A stretch of DNA of 64,000 bases from Callorhinchus milii (lineage: Eukaryota). The notes under the pieces were generated by a model that saw nothing but the letters and a program-made list of their open reading frames with translations, had not been told where the DNA came from and searched no databases. Below are positions 27,418 to 39,639 of this stretch, piece after piece; within the stretch, counting starts at the first letter, position 1, and every line of letters starts with the position of its first letter. The translations under genes were made by a program, and so were the position numbers. Location of the stretch: NCBI RefSeq assembly GCF_018977255.1, contig NW_024704743.1:103356001-103420000 (forward strand), given 5' to 3'.

Positions 27418-28849
27418 GGAAACATTTCTTCACTCAGAGGGTAGTGAATTTGTGGAATTGTCTACCCCAGAAGCCTATGGATGCTCAGTTATTGAACATA
27501 TTCAAGACTGAGGTTGATAGATTTCTAAAGGATAGAGGGATTAGAGGATATGGGGATAGGGCGGGTTAATGGAATTAGGTTAGAAGATCAGCCATGATCT
27601 AATTAAATGGAGGGGCAGGCTCGAGGGGCCGAATGGCCTACTCCTGCTCCCACGTCTTATGGTTTTTATGGTCTTATGATTGCTGGAGGTTTAATTACAC
27701 CACCAATTCCGATGTCTCAGGCGTACATTGAGTCTGTCATATAAAATTAAATACATTTAGCCAATGCACCTGTTTAAAGAGTGTGGAGATATAAAAATTT
27801 TATATAGACTGTCAGTTCCAATATGCAAGACTAACTCTGCAACCACATTGAACAGGAAAAAAAACCTTGATGAGAACCGCAAGTTGCATTACTCTGTATA
27901 GTGGTAATTGTGAATTAAAGCTATTCATGTGACCCATTCCCGGTATCACTGCAAAAACAGGTTATACATAAATTTGCCTGATGTTTCACAATGCCTGTGA
28001 TTTCAAGATGAAAACCAAGGAATATAGTGGAGAACAGTGGTTCGGATCTATAAAATCACAACACATGCTATAACAAGACACAGTAGCCAGTTTCGCTGCA
28101 TGTATGGGCAGCTGGCTAACCCATTCCTTGCAAGGTGACCGTTTTCACTCTCACGCAAATGGACAAAATTTCAGGTCATAAGTTTACTGCTGGCATCCCT
28201 TCCTGTTCGCTGCATGTGTACAGAGCGTAGAAAGAGGTGTTATTGACCTCATGACCAAGAAATCAGCCATTTTGGCATGAAAGTGTGGCGACTGGCTGTG
28301 TGGATAGGTCCATACTATAACCACATTAAACTGTATATACAATATAAAGAGACACATTATAATAGGACTGTAATTGTACTTCAATCACTTTAAACTGTTC
28401 AGTTTCATTTTTAGAAAACATTCACAAACTACATGAACCATCTATGGTGTAAGCAAATGTTGCTGAAATGAAAATGCAACAACAACTTGCAATCATAGAG
28501 CACCCTTCACATGGGTAGTGCTTCAGAGAGCTTGAAAATATGTTACAGATCAAATGCAATTTTCTCCTCCAAAATATTTGCATCTGAAGTGCCAATGGTT
28601 GTTTCTGATTTAAATATGCGGATAAGCTAAAAAATGTAATCCTGTCTAATGTATCAACCACAGTTGTCATTCGTTCTTTCTCTCAAGGACTCTAAGATGC
28701 TTCTCTGCATGAGGGGTGCTATATAAATGCAAGTTGTTGTTGAGCATTTTTCTTTAAGTCTCTCTGATATTCTATCACTATGATTTTTCTGTCCCTATGT
28801 TGATGTGTATCTCTTTCTCTGACTTTATACCTACGCAATCCAAAGGCAT

Positions 28850-29096
28850 TTCAGCCTTCAGCTGAAGCGTAGTTCACTTTCAGCCACTATGTCCTGAAAC
28901 TCTGGAATATCTTCCTCTATCCCTCCACCTTGTCCCTTCCTCCCCCTTCTTCAGATCACGCCTGAAGACCTTCCTATTTGACTGTGCCTACAGTCAACTC
29001 TCCCTCCCCCCAGTTCAGCGCTGTCCTCTACCATTGTCAAGCACTCTGGGATGCTACCCTGCATGAGGGGCACTTTTTAAATGCAAGCTGTTGTTG
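28850..29096 (+). mobile_element. Second, older L2 family 3' end (related tails at ~3340-3390, 5440-5505, 20810-20935, 22360-22420, 28478-28535, 28690-28742, 38030-38225, 38660-38713, 56015-56085)
   Basis: ctctggaat..cttcct / gaagaccttcct.tttgac L2 3' coding motifs and a distinct tail gcactctgggatgctaccctgcatgagggcact..aaatgcaag(ttg)n. Confidence 0.75.
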
Positions 29097-29155
29097 CATA
29101 AAGAATATATAGTATTTTAGTATGTGAACTGTTAACATTGAAAGATGCAATTATG

Positions 29156-29477
29156 TGGAGTCCTGTAGCTCAGTGGTTAGAGCACTCGCTTTGCAAGCGA
29201 GAGACCTGAGTTCAATCCCAGGCAGGTCAGGGCGAAACCTTGGGCAAGTTTCCTTACTCCACACGCCTAATAATAATCCCTCCAAAATCAAAAAAAACAA
29301 TAATAAATTGGTCATTTTCAATCTACGACTGTTTGTGGGACATTGCTGTGTGCAATTGGCTGCCGCGTTCGCCCACAAATGTACAGTCAATTCACTTTAC
29401 AGTGTGTTCTGTGAAGCGCTTTGCGACATCCTCCCGACGTGAAAAGCGCTATATCAAATGCAAGGATTATTATTATT
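29156..29477 (+). mobile_element. Young full-length tRNA-derived SINE, subfamily A
   Basis: A box tagctcagtgg (29166-29176), B box gttcaatcc (29210-29218), TGC anticodon-like loop, L2-like 3' hairpin, (att)n tail; near-identical copies elsewhere in window. Confidence 0.92.
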
Positions 29478-29707
29478 GTGCAACCAGCCCATTGTGTTGC
29501 AAAAATTCTAATGAAGCTCTTTCTCACACAGAAACTGTACTCACATAGCAAGAAACCAAAGCAAATTATACTCTTAAATAGGGTCTAAGTCGGGTTGAAT
29601 CTGGAGAAATATGCTGCATTTCATAGTTGTGGTTGATTATTCAATTTTACAAAATTTTACAAATTTCACTCTCATGAAAATATTACGAAGTAGATAGGTA
29701 AAACATT

Positions 29708-29988
<281 letters not shown>

Positions 29989-31464
29989 TTAATTTATAAT
30001 ATTGAAAGTTAAACGTCCATCATAAGAGCAAACCATTCTTATGTTTTAAAATGCCAGTGATAAATATTCCCTGTAATGGGCAAATAGATGCAGATAACTA
30101 CAAGTTCCAATTTCAAATTAGCTCATGTTCATATACGCAAATGAAGGTTAAATCATCATAAGATCATAAATGGGATATTGTTCAAGCACCCCATTTGCAT
30201 ATTATTTGATATGCATCTTGAATATCATAAAGACATGTCTGTGTAACATATTCCATATACAATCATTGCAGGGTTTCTTTTTACTAAAAACACAATTAAG
30301 CTGTTTACTCTTAGTGCGGTAACACAGCATCATTGCCGCCAGCACTCCATTGCAGTGCTAGGGCATGTTGCATTATTGGAGGTAGGGCACTTCGGATGAG
30401 ATGTTAAATTGAAGATTTTAAACCTGTTAAGGTGGATGTTAAAGATCCCAGGCACTACTCAAAAATAGAAGGGAGTTTCTCCCAGACTCCTGACAAACAA
30501 TCCCCCAGATCAAAATTGATCATTTCATTTCATGGCTGTTTGTAAAACATAGTTGTGTGCAAATTTGTCTCCAAAATATACACTCACTACACTTCACAAT
30601 AAAATCCTGTGAAGCACTATGAGATGTTCTCCTGATGTGAAAGATGTTCCATCAATGATTATAATCAATGAAAACGATTATAGAATCAGGAGGATTACTT
30701 TATTATAAGCACTTAGAAATCCTTAGCACAACGTGCAAAGTATAAGTCTATTATCAAGTTTGAACTAAACACTGATTGTCAAAAGGCTGTTTGGCTAGGC
30801 AAAATATCACAACCCAATTCTGTCTTCACTGGTATCCACACACATGCTAAACGTTGATGAGTAGAGGATCCCTGGCTAATTATTCTTCTCCTTCATCTGA
30901 GAACCTGTGGCACATTGTATCATTCCCACTACCATCCTGAACTTTATTGTTCATTATCACATCACAGTGCGGTTACTCTCCTGAGTCAGGAAATGACAAA
31001 TCATACTTATTAAGGGAGTAATAAATCACTGACAATGCATAATTGAAACCTTCACCAGCATTCCTCTGAATCATACCCAAATCATATTATTATCAACATT
31101 TTTAATGATACTCTAGCTCTATGAACAACAGAGCAGCATGAAAGGAATGACACTATGATGAGCAGCAGCAGATTTATAGATTTAATTTTAAACTGCTGAG
31201 ATTTTCATTTGAAGTTCTTTCAAAAATGCAGATAAGTTGGATTTGATTCCCAATGTTCCCTTGACAAACAGTGTTTTAAGGGATTTGTGATAACCCTGTT
31301 CTTTTCTTCCTTCCAGAAAGGTTACATTGGCTGTGTGGGTAAACTTTTAGTAATACTTGTTGCTGAATTGTGTTTAATTAATGTTGATTCTTGGATGGTT
31401 ATCTTTCAAATTACTTCACATTAAACAATATTGTTATATTGCTTATTTGCTTTGATATGAAGGT

Positions 31465-31476
31465 ATAATAATAATA

Positions 31477-31516
<40 letters not shown>
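31465..31516. repeat. (TAA)n microsatellite, expanded SINE tail (similar tract 20957-20984)
   Basis: Direct reading; abuts ccttgcatttg SINE end. Confidence 0.9.
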
Positions 31517-31780
31517 CCTTGCATTTGGTATTGTGCCTTTCATGCCGGGAGGACTTTTCAAAGCGCTTCACAGGATTTACTGTGATGTTGAGTGACTGTG
31601 TATTTGTGGGTGAATGATCCCATAGCATTATTTGGAAATAGAAGAACATTTCTCCTGGTTTCCCAGTCCACCAGATAAAATTAGTCATTCACTTCATGGC
31701 TGTTTGTGAGACTGCCATATTCACTACAAAATTCACAGTCTCAAAATTTTACAGTAAAATCCCGCGTAGCACTTTGAGAC

Positions 31781-32290
31781 AACAACAATTTGCATTTATA
31801 TCGCAACCCTCATGCTGAATGGAGTCTTGGAGTGCTTAACAGTAGCAGAGTCTGGCCAGGGGGAGGGGGAACATGACCGTAGGCACAGTCAAAGAGGAAG
31901 AAAAAGGGAGAGAATTCCACAGCTTTGGGGCGGAGTGGCTGAAAGCATGGCGCTGATGGTAGGGCAGGGGCTCCAGGGCACAAGGAGGAGGCCACAGCCA
32001 GTCGAGCGGAGACACTGGGCAATAGTGTAGGGAGAGAGCAGGTTGCAGAGATAGTGGGATGGTGCCAGGGCGTGAAGGGATTTAAATACAAGAGTGAGGA
32101 TCTTGAAATCGATCTGCTCTGTGACAGGGAGCCAATAGAGTTTGACAAGGATCGGGATAATGGAGGTACAGAGTTTAGTGCGGATGAAAACATGGGCGAC
32201 GGAGTTTTCATTTAGTTGAATCTTGTGAATAGTGAACCAGAGGAGATCAGTAAGGAGGGTATTTGTGTATTCGACATGATATCAACATGA
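31781..32290 (-). mobile_element. Older L2 3' fragment
   Basis: aacaacaacaatttgcatttata tail; antisense of LP..IDFKIL and LWNSLP regions. Confidence 0.8.
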
Positions 32291-32793
32291 AAGGTGCAAT
32301 ACCAAATGCAAGCCTTATTAATAATTACATGAACTGACCCTTTCTGTTCCCTGCAGTTATGATCTTTATAGATTACAGTGTCAAAATGGATACATGGAAA
32401 ATAAAACAAACTTAGTACTGTAGCTAATTACTTCTTTATTTAACTGCAGCTCTATTTGTCGCTGCCAATCACTTTTACACCATTTTATCAAGAAACTCAC
32501 AACATGGAGTTTATTTTGCACTTGTACTGAAAGCTAGAGAAAAGGATATCATTAGAGAGAAAGTAATCTATTGATTTAAATGGTTCCAAATTGTTTTTTT
32601 TAAGAAAACTGTAGTTTACTAATGCATCCTCCCCACTGGAGGACCAGAACTGACCACTGTATCTGTTGTTTAAATTTATAGACTGAAGCATCCTCGATAT
32701 CATTCACCGACAATACACTTTACAGAAAATCCTGTGAAGCATTGGAGTTGTTTTGACATCTTGATAAGAGGCTATATCAAATGAAAAGATTAT

Positions 32794-33163
32794 TAATAAT
32801 ATTAATAATACTTACATTTAACATAGCACCTTATCATGTCTTCGAGACATCTCAAAGTCCTTCACAGAATATATTGTAAAATGAATTGACTATATTTTGT
32901 GGGTGAAACATGGTAGCCAATTACTCACAGCAGTGTCCCACAAACAGTCATGGATTGAAGTGATCGACTCATTTTTTTGAACAAGTTATTATCCCCGGAA
33001 AAGCGATCTGCCAAATGACTAACAACCAGGTTCCTACTTACTGCTAGGTAAGCAGAGGCGTGTGGAGTAAGGAGACATGCCCAACATTTTGCCCTGCTGG
33101 GAATCAAACCCAGGTCTCTCACTTGCGAAGAGAGTGCTTTAACCACTGAGCTGCAGGACTCCA
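32794..33163 (-). mobile_element. Full-length tRNA SINE, subfamily B
   Basis: Reverse complement of the 16762-17142 type. Confidence 0.88.
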
Positions 33164-33339
33164 CAATTATTAATAATAAAATTATTAATAATAAAAATGG
33201 GGTGCAAACAATTCCTGTTACCTACCATCCATCTAGTGAGGGCTCAACACATGCATTTGGATGTCAAATGACCAACTAGTAATTATGCCCCTTGTGGGGA
33301 GGTAAATGGGCTCCCCTTGGAGCTGAACTGGTTCCAAGG

Positions 33340-34475
33340 TGAGATGGTTAGCCACAGAATGTCAGTATCAAGCCAACTGCATGTGGTGGTCTCGGTAGAC
33401 CATTTCTGAGCCAGGCATGACCACAAAACTCCAGAGCATTGCTGTTGAAAAGCCAGCCATCCCGGCTCATCAGCAGAACAACAACAACAACAAAATTACA
33501 ATTTATAGAGCGCCTTTCACATCGGGAGGACGTCCCAAAGCGCTGAACAGTCAGGTGTCGGGGCTCGAGCATGGGGGAGGGGTGGTGTAGGGGTGAAGGA
33601 AGGCAGAGAGGTGGGAAGGAGACCAAAGGCATGGTCGAAGAGAAGGATCTTGAGACCGCCTTGATGAAGGCAAGGGAGGAAGCGAAGCGAAGGAACCGTG
33701 GGATGGAGTTCCAGAGTGTGGGGGCAGAGAGGGTGAAAGCCCGGCCACTGATCGGAGGGCAGGTCGGGCAGGAGACTTGGAAAAGCAGACCAATCAATGG
33801 GTGCACTCTTCTCACTCAGCTCCTGTTAACCTTGCAAACCAAAGATTTAATATGTAGGGTAGTCCTAACTGGACAAGCAACAGGAAAACCTAACAGATAG
33901 TGAATGGACTCTAGCAAATAAATCCAAACTCACATTCTGCGGTGCTTAAGTCATGGCTCTTGCCAACTTGTGCCTAATACTCCAGAATTAATTAAGTAGG
34001 ATGCATCCTCCAAGGAAAGAGTGTGCATTCCCTTCCAATAAATATCCCTGGAATTTTCATGTTTGGGAAGGATGTATGGAGCAAGGTGATAGGTTTCCGC
34101 ATGCATCAGATACCCAGCTGACTCCCAAAACATTATTCACAAAATGATGTTGCCTCCCATTATGCATGATATATTCACTCTGATGAAGTCTGTTAGCCAC
34201 AAGAGAGTGAGCAAACAAGATCACACGATTTTTTTTTTCTCTGGTTGTTGCCCTCAGCCAGAACCTCTCCGTGCCAATATTCCTCTTAGCGATCTGCCAG
34301 TAGGTGCAGAAGATGGACTTGATTACGAGTTCCCATCTGTTCATATTCCTCCCTCTGCCCCCATGGGAAAATGATTGGCCTCCGTTCAGCATTCTCCACT
34401 AAGGTTCAGTAGAATTTAGCATCTTCCACTTTGCAAGCATTGCACAGTTGGTGCTCTGACACACTGAAGCACTGC
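33340..34475 (-). mobile_element. Decayed PIF/Harbinger transposase fossil, split by an L2 insertion
   Basis: With frameshifts, minus strand gives in the correct order: SIFLHLLA..EY..GERF.L..TT; FWESAGY..AET-I-CS; KGMHTLSLE-DASY; GKSHD; HYLLG..ACPV; FN..LS...ID..AF; LLMSR; LILTFCG-(LH). Read by eye. Confidence 0.62.
33478..33780 (-). mobile_element. L2 3' fragment inserted into a Harbinger-like fossil
   Basis: (aac)n tail, hairpin, GRAFTLSAPTLWNSIP. Confidence 0.88.
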
Positions 34476-37054
34476 AATGCCACTCTTGGGCAGAATTCTA
34501 CATCTGTTCTGATGTGAAGAAGTCAACTAGGCTAGGCGCTAAAGTTAACACAATTTTTTTTTAAACTCATTGTACGTGAAAGATTTGCTGATTTACGCAG
34601 ATTGTGTGCCAACAAATGTAACACTGACTGAATAAAGCAAAAAAAAACAAAGATCTCAATAGAAGTAGTGAAAAATGTTAATGCAGTATTTTTACTGATG
34701 TCAGGCTTATTTACTAAAGTAATCTTTTTTCAATACAAAAGCGACATAATCCATCAATCTTGTTCCAATGTGCATTGTTTCCGTTTCTGGTTCCAGAACA
34801 ATTGCAAAGAAAAAATGCTTTCATTTTCATTCTAAAGACTTCTCATACATCTCATGTGACTACATAGATGCCTTCTGATCACTTCCAAATTCATCAAAAA
34901 TGATTTACATAGATTTTCATGGATCATAACTGCACAGAAACAGTCCATTTGGCCCAACTTGTTTATGCCAGTGTTTATACCCCACACAAGCCTTCACCCT
35001 TCCCAATCCTATCTATTAGACTCCTCTATTTCCTTCTCCCTCATGTGTACATCAACTTTCCTCTTAAATATGTTGATGGTGGAAACTGGAATTTTCCAAC
35101 AAATTTGTTTAGGTAGAAAACAGATAAGCCATAATTTTACTCCTGATGAATATTCAGCTAAAACAATACAACAGTTCAAAGAATTAAATGTTAAATCTAA
35201 TTGTTGAATCCTCCTGATGAATGTTTAGCTAAAACAACAAATAAATATTGAGCCAATATGACCTTGTAGTTCCATCCTATTAATTCTCAACCCAAGACTG
35301 TTAAGATATCAATTGCAATCTTCGCTCCAGATGAACTTGACAAGCAATCACAGAGTAGTTTGGGTCGTGTGAGTAATCGTTGTACATTTATCTCTGTCAG
35401 CTACAAGAGAGGATGCAGATGTATAAACATTTTTCATCAGAAGGTTGCATTGGCAAGATTTAAGTTCAAGTTGTCAACGAACAGTGCGATGAAAGGCGCC
35501 AATTTAATTTTTGCTTGTGAGCAGACATTATACGATTTTACACCGCAGGTGACATGGGCAATTTCATAAAGTATTTTGTTTTTTATAGAGAGGGCATCAT
35601 CACCATTGAGAAGACAGGACCGGGGAAAAGAAATACGTTTTAAAGTGACATTATCAGGGCTGCTGCGTAATCGAATGCATCAACCTATTTCCCATTCCTT
35701 AAAGCACTCACAAGACCAGAGAGTTACTCCTTAGGACTGCAATTTTTTTTCCAGTATTAAATTCACATACTGTTATGCTGAGACCACCACTCATATTCTA
35801 GTAATAAACCTACATGAATGTTCAAAACTCTTTCATAACTTTCATAATAACCTTAAAGATCGACAACAAATTGCATTTATATATTATTAAAAATAACTTG
35901 TCCTTGAAACATGAGTTTTAAAGGCACTTTTGCTTATTTCTATCTAATTTGCTTTATTCTAAATATTCCATAATAGTTTTTCATTAGAAAGCCATTTTAA
36001 ACACTTTTTATCTGATTTCTTACTACCTGAAACAACTATCCCTTTTGAAGTTGGAACCCACATGAACAAAAATGACTTAGACGTGACTGAAAAATCAGAT
36101 CCAAAGTTTTGCTTTCTCACCAAAGCAAGGAACGGTATCTTGGTAACATGGTTCACATGGTTAATGTGTTAACAGCATGAACATGTCCTGGTAAATTTTT
36201 GAGTGGAGGGAGCAACGATCAGCAGGATTGCCTGAGGTAGCAGAGGCTGTGGATGAGATATGAACATGAATTTGATCCACCGGGTGATGGGGAGCCAATG
36301 GAGCTGAGCAAGGATGAAGGTCTTAGGCTCAATGATCCTGCTATTAGCAAAGCAGAACTGAGCCCTGCACAGGGCGATTCTGTGTTTAACTCCTAGTCTG
36401 TGTGTTAGTTATTATAGTCTCCTAGTTATTATATCACACCTCATATAGCAATAGAGCCACGATTTTCATCCGCAAAATGGACAGTCAATTCACTTTTCAG
36501 TATATTCTCAGAAGCGCTTTGAGACGTCTCAATGATGTGATAAGGCACTATATCAAATGTGTATTATTATATCAGCTTATCATAATAATAATCCTTGCAT
36601 TTGATATAGAACCCTATCATACCTTATATGAAGGTATGAACAGTCTTCAGCAAAAGAAGGTGGGAGGGGAATGAAGTGGATAACATTTGTGGCATTTGGT
36701 GAAGCGGGATCAGACTTCAATTACATTGCTCACCATTCTTATTTAAGCTCACCTGTGAACACTGATCACTTCAGGAAGGGAAGGGAGAAAATTGTCAGCA
36801 AAGAAAAGACAGCTACTGAGAAAGGTGGAATCAGATTCATTGTCCTACTGTGAGCAAGAATTGAGTTTGAAAAATCATGAGGTCAGATAAAGAGTAATCC
36901 TGTAGCAATCAATGAGCTTCAGACTATAATGGAATCAACCTTTAATGTTCAGTTACTGAGTCTGGCCTCCTGTGGATTTCCAACATTATTTTCTGACTTC
37001 AAGCACAGCGTGCGTTCAATGTGATAATATAATAATATTGAATGCATCATGTGT

Positions 37055-37432
37055 AAGCCTATCTCAGTTGGTACACACACTCTCACCTCTGAATCAGAAG
37101 GCTGTTGGTTCAAGTCCCATGTTAGGATTTTGAGCTCAGAGTGCAAGCTGACACTCCAATGTAGTGCTGGGGCAGTGCTGCATTGTTGGAGGTGCTGCGC
37201 TTTAAATGAAATGTTAAACCAAGGACCCAGTTGTCTCTTCAGATGGACATTAAAGATCCCATGGCTCTATTCAAAAATACTGTCCAATAATCTTCTGTAG
37301 ATAAAAGTAGTCATTCACTTCATTTCTGTTTGTGAGACGTAACTATGCAAATAGGCTGTCAGATTCACCTACAACATATCATCACTATATTTTACAATAA
37401 ATCCTGTGAAGTGCTTTGAGACATTCTGCTGA
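37055..37432 (+). mobile_element. DeuSINE (SacSINE1-like), near full length
   Basis: tRNA head ctcagttggta..ctctcacctctgaatcagaagg..ggttcaagtccc; Deu domain gaaatgttaaaccaagg...gacattaaagatcccatggctctatt; shared 3' module. Confidence 0.8.
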
Positions 37433-37489
37433 CTTGTGTGGGGCAACAGTTAACAAAGTAAACATAGTGGTGGGCTAGATTACTAAATC

Positions 37490-38020
37490 AGTTGAGTTTT
37501 GATCCCCAAATGTCATACTCAAGTTGTCTCATGCTCTATTCAGTCCACATCTAGAGTTTTACACACAGTTCTGTTCACCACAACATTAGAGGGGCTGCCT
37601 AGGTCTAACTGTGCAGAGGATGATCTCTAGTATTAGAAGAATGAGTTATGAACAATAAGACAAGCTAGGGTTTCAGTCTTCAGAGAAGATATCCTTAAGG
37701 GGTCCTTATAGAGCTGTGTAAAGTATTAAATAGGATTGAGGAAGTAAACCCAATATTTTGTTATACACCAGGACAGCAGAACAAGAGGACAGAGGTTTAG
37801 AATTTCACATGTCTATCGCAGGACAGGCACAAGGAAGTTTTCTTTTTTTACCCAGATGATAATTAACAATTCTAACAGGTTGCACGGAAGGGTGGTTGAG
37901 GCCGGGACACTAGACTCATTTAAAAAGCAGCTTGATACTATGATGTGAGGATGATAGGACGGGTATTGTGAAGGGATGAGATCAGAAGGGCCAAAGTGCT
38001 TTCTTCATCCAAACTAATGT
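37490..38020 (+). mobile_element. Old CR1 3' fragment (others at ~2273-2520 -, 10050-10250 +, 13735-14000 +, 18340-18520 -, 21590-22010 +, 39225-39620 +, 52380-52670 +, 53900-54150 -, 56160-56440 -)
   Basis: ccacatctagag..cagttctg, agaacaagaggacagagg, ttttttacccag..., gggccaaa..cttcttcatccaaact typical of CR1 ORF2 end and 3' UTR. Confidence 0.7.
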
Positions 38021-39639
38021 TGTGTTTGCGTGACCTTCCTCACTCCCTTCGCCTCGTCCCCTCTCTTCCTACTTTCAGGTCTCGGCTAAAGACCTTTCTT
38101 TTCGACCACACCTTTGGTCATCTTCTTCCTCCTCCCCCTGGCTCAGCCCTGGGATCCATTATTGTGAAGCGCTCTGAGATGCCGTCTGGCGTGGAGGGCG
38201 CTATATAAATCCAAGTTGTTGTTATTGACCCAGTGTTCAAATGCAAGGATAATTATCACGAAACAGTATATTCCTGTTACTTTCTTGTCAGTAAAACATC
38301 TTCACCCCCAATTCCCATGAGTTGAATTGGCCTTTTAGTGCTACACATTTCTTTGGTTTCTGATTTCTGCCCCAACACCTGAATGTTCAGGTCTTTGGGA
38401 TGTCTTCGTGACGTGAAAGATACTCTATAAATGTAATTTTGTTGTTGGTGGACACTCAATACAGCTCTAATTTGAGATCACAGACATAGCAATTGAGTGC
38501 TACAACTCAACATATTTAATTAAATCAGATGCTTATGGGAAGAAAAAAAGTTAATGAACTGAATTTTTTTTTTACAGGATTCTCCCCCTCTCCTTTTGTC
38601 CTCCCACAAATCTGACATTCCCCATTTCCGATGGTCAGTGTTCAACCTCACCATTGTGCATCGTTCCAAGATGCTATCCTGCATAAAGGGTGCTATATAA
38701 ATGAAAGTTGTTGTAAGGGTTTATGTACTAAACAAACTGCTTCTTGCCTAGTCAAGTTTCTGTATTGTCTGTATCTCAAAAGGAAAGCTAGATAGGAAGG
38801 AAACAAAATCTAGAAGGTGAGTACCTAATGCATTTTCCATTTTACACTCCTGAGGGACATACGAGAGATCACACATTGTGTTCTTGTGCAATTGACTGCA
38901 TAATTTGCATTTTCAATATTTGAGGATAAAACAATTTCAGGTAGCTGAGTATTTTCAAAATAATGTTTTATTCATTTTGCTCCAACATACCTTGTGATAA
39001 TTCTGCATAAAAGTTGTGAAAATCATGCTACAAAATATTTATGAAGTCAGGTTCTTTCAGATAACTTGGACATTTCAAACAATTTAAACTCAAAACAAAT
39101 GAAAATTGGAAAGAAACTGCAGGGAAGCATGAATTCTGTTCAGTAGCTAAAGAGGAAATGATAATATAGGTGGTTCTGTGGCACAGTTGGTATGACCCCA
39201 GTCTCTCTCTCGGAAGGTTGTGGTTTGAGAATTAGAGATGAGTGGATACAGCTTTCAAGAAAGACAAGATAGGTTGGAGCTTTTTCCCTCTGCAGTTGAG
39301 ACAATTAAAATGGTACCTGATAAGATATGTTTAAGATTATAAAAGGATTCAATAAGGTGGATGTTAACAGACTGTTTTCACATATTGGTGAATGCAAGAC
39401 AAGTGTACAAGCATGGTGAGAATGTGCAACTCACTGTAAACTGAAGAAAACAGCATCAATGTATTTAAGAGGAAACAATGCATACAGGAGGGAGAGGGAA
39501 TGCAGTGATATAGAAGAGGGGATTAGGAGGGGTGGGGGGCTCACGGTTAAGTATAAAGACCACAATGGATTAGTTGGGCTGAATGTCATTTTCTGTGCTG
39601 TAATGTTCTATGTAACTCTGTAATCCAATTTCAAAATCC

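Larger units (their letters stand above)
23660..27678 (+). mobile_element. Near full-length, decayed CR1 LINE (HER1-like 3' end)
   Basis: ORF1 (Cys-rich knuckle, coiled coil, SGNH esterase-like) followed by ORF2 fragments: YLNARSIRNK and DFN (APE endonuclease), SGVPEGSVLGP, LVRPQLEYCVQFWS, TRGHSLKI (RT and C-terminus); 3' UTR gatcagccatga...ggccgaatggcctactcctgct with (tcttatgg)-type terminal repeats. 5' boundary uncertain. Confidence 0.93.

Noticed and set aside
29157..29229. tRNA-Ala(TGC)-like cloverleaf as a real tRNA gene
   Set aside because: Acceptor and T stems are imperfect, anticodon varies between copies, and it is always fused to a SINE body and tail.
34228..34374. Plus-strand terminal exon lookalike (pyrimidine tract, cag|PEPLRANIP...PSAPMGK*)
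   Set aside because: No recognisable protein or partner exons; better explained as the antisense of the Harbinger-like fossil.
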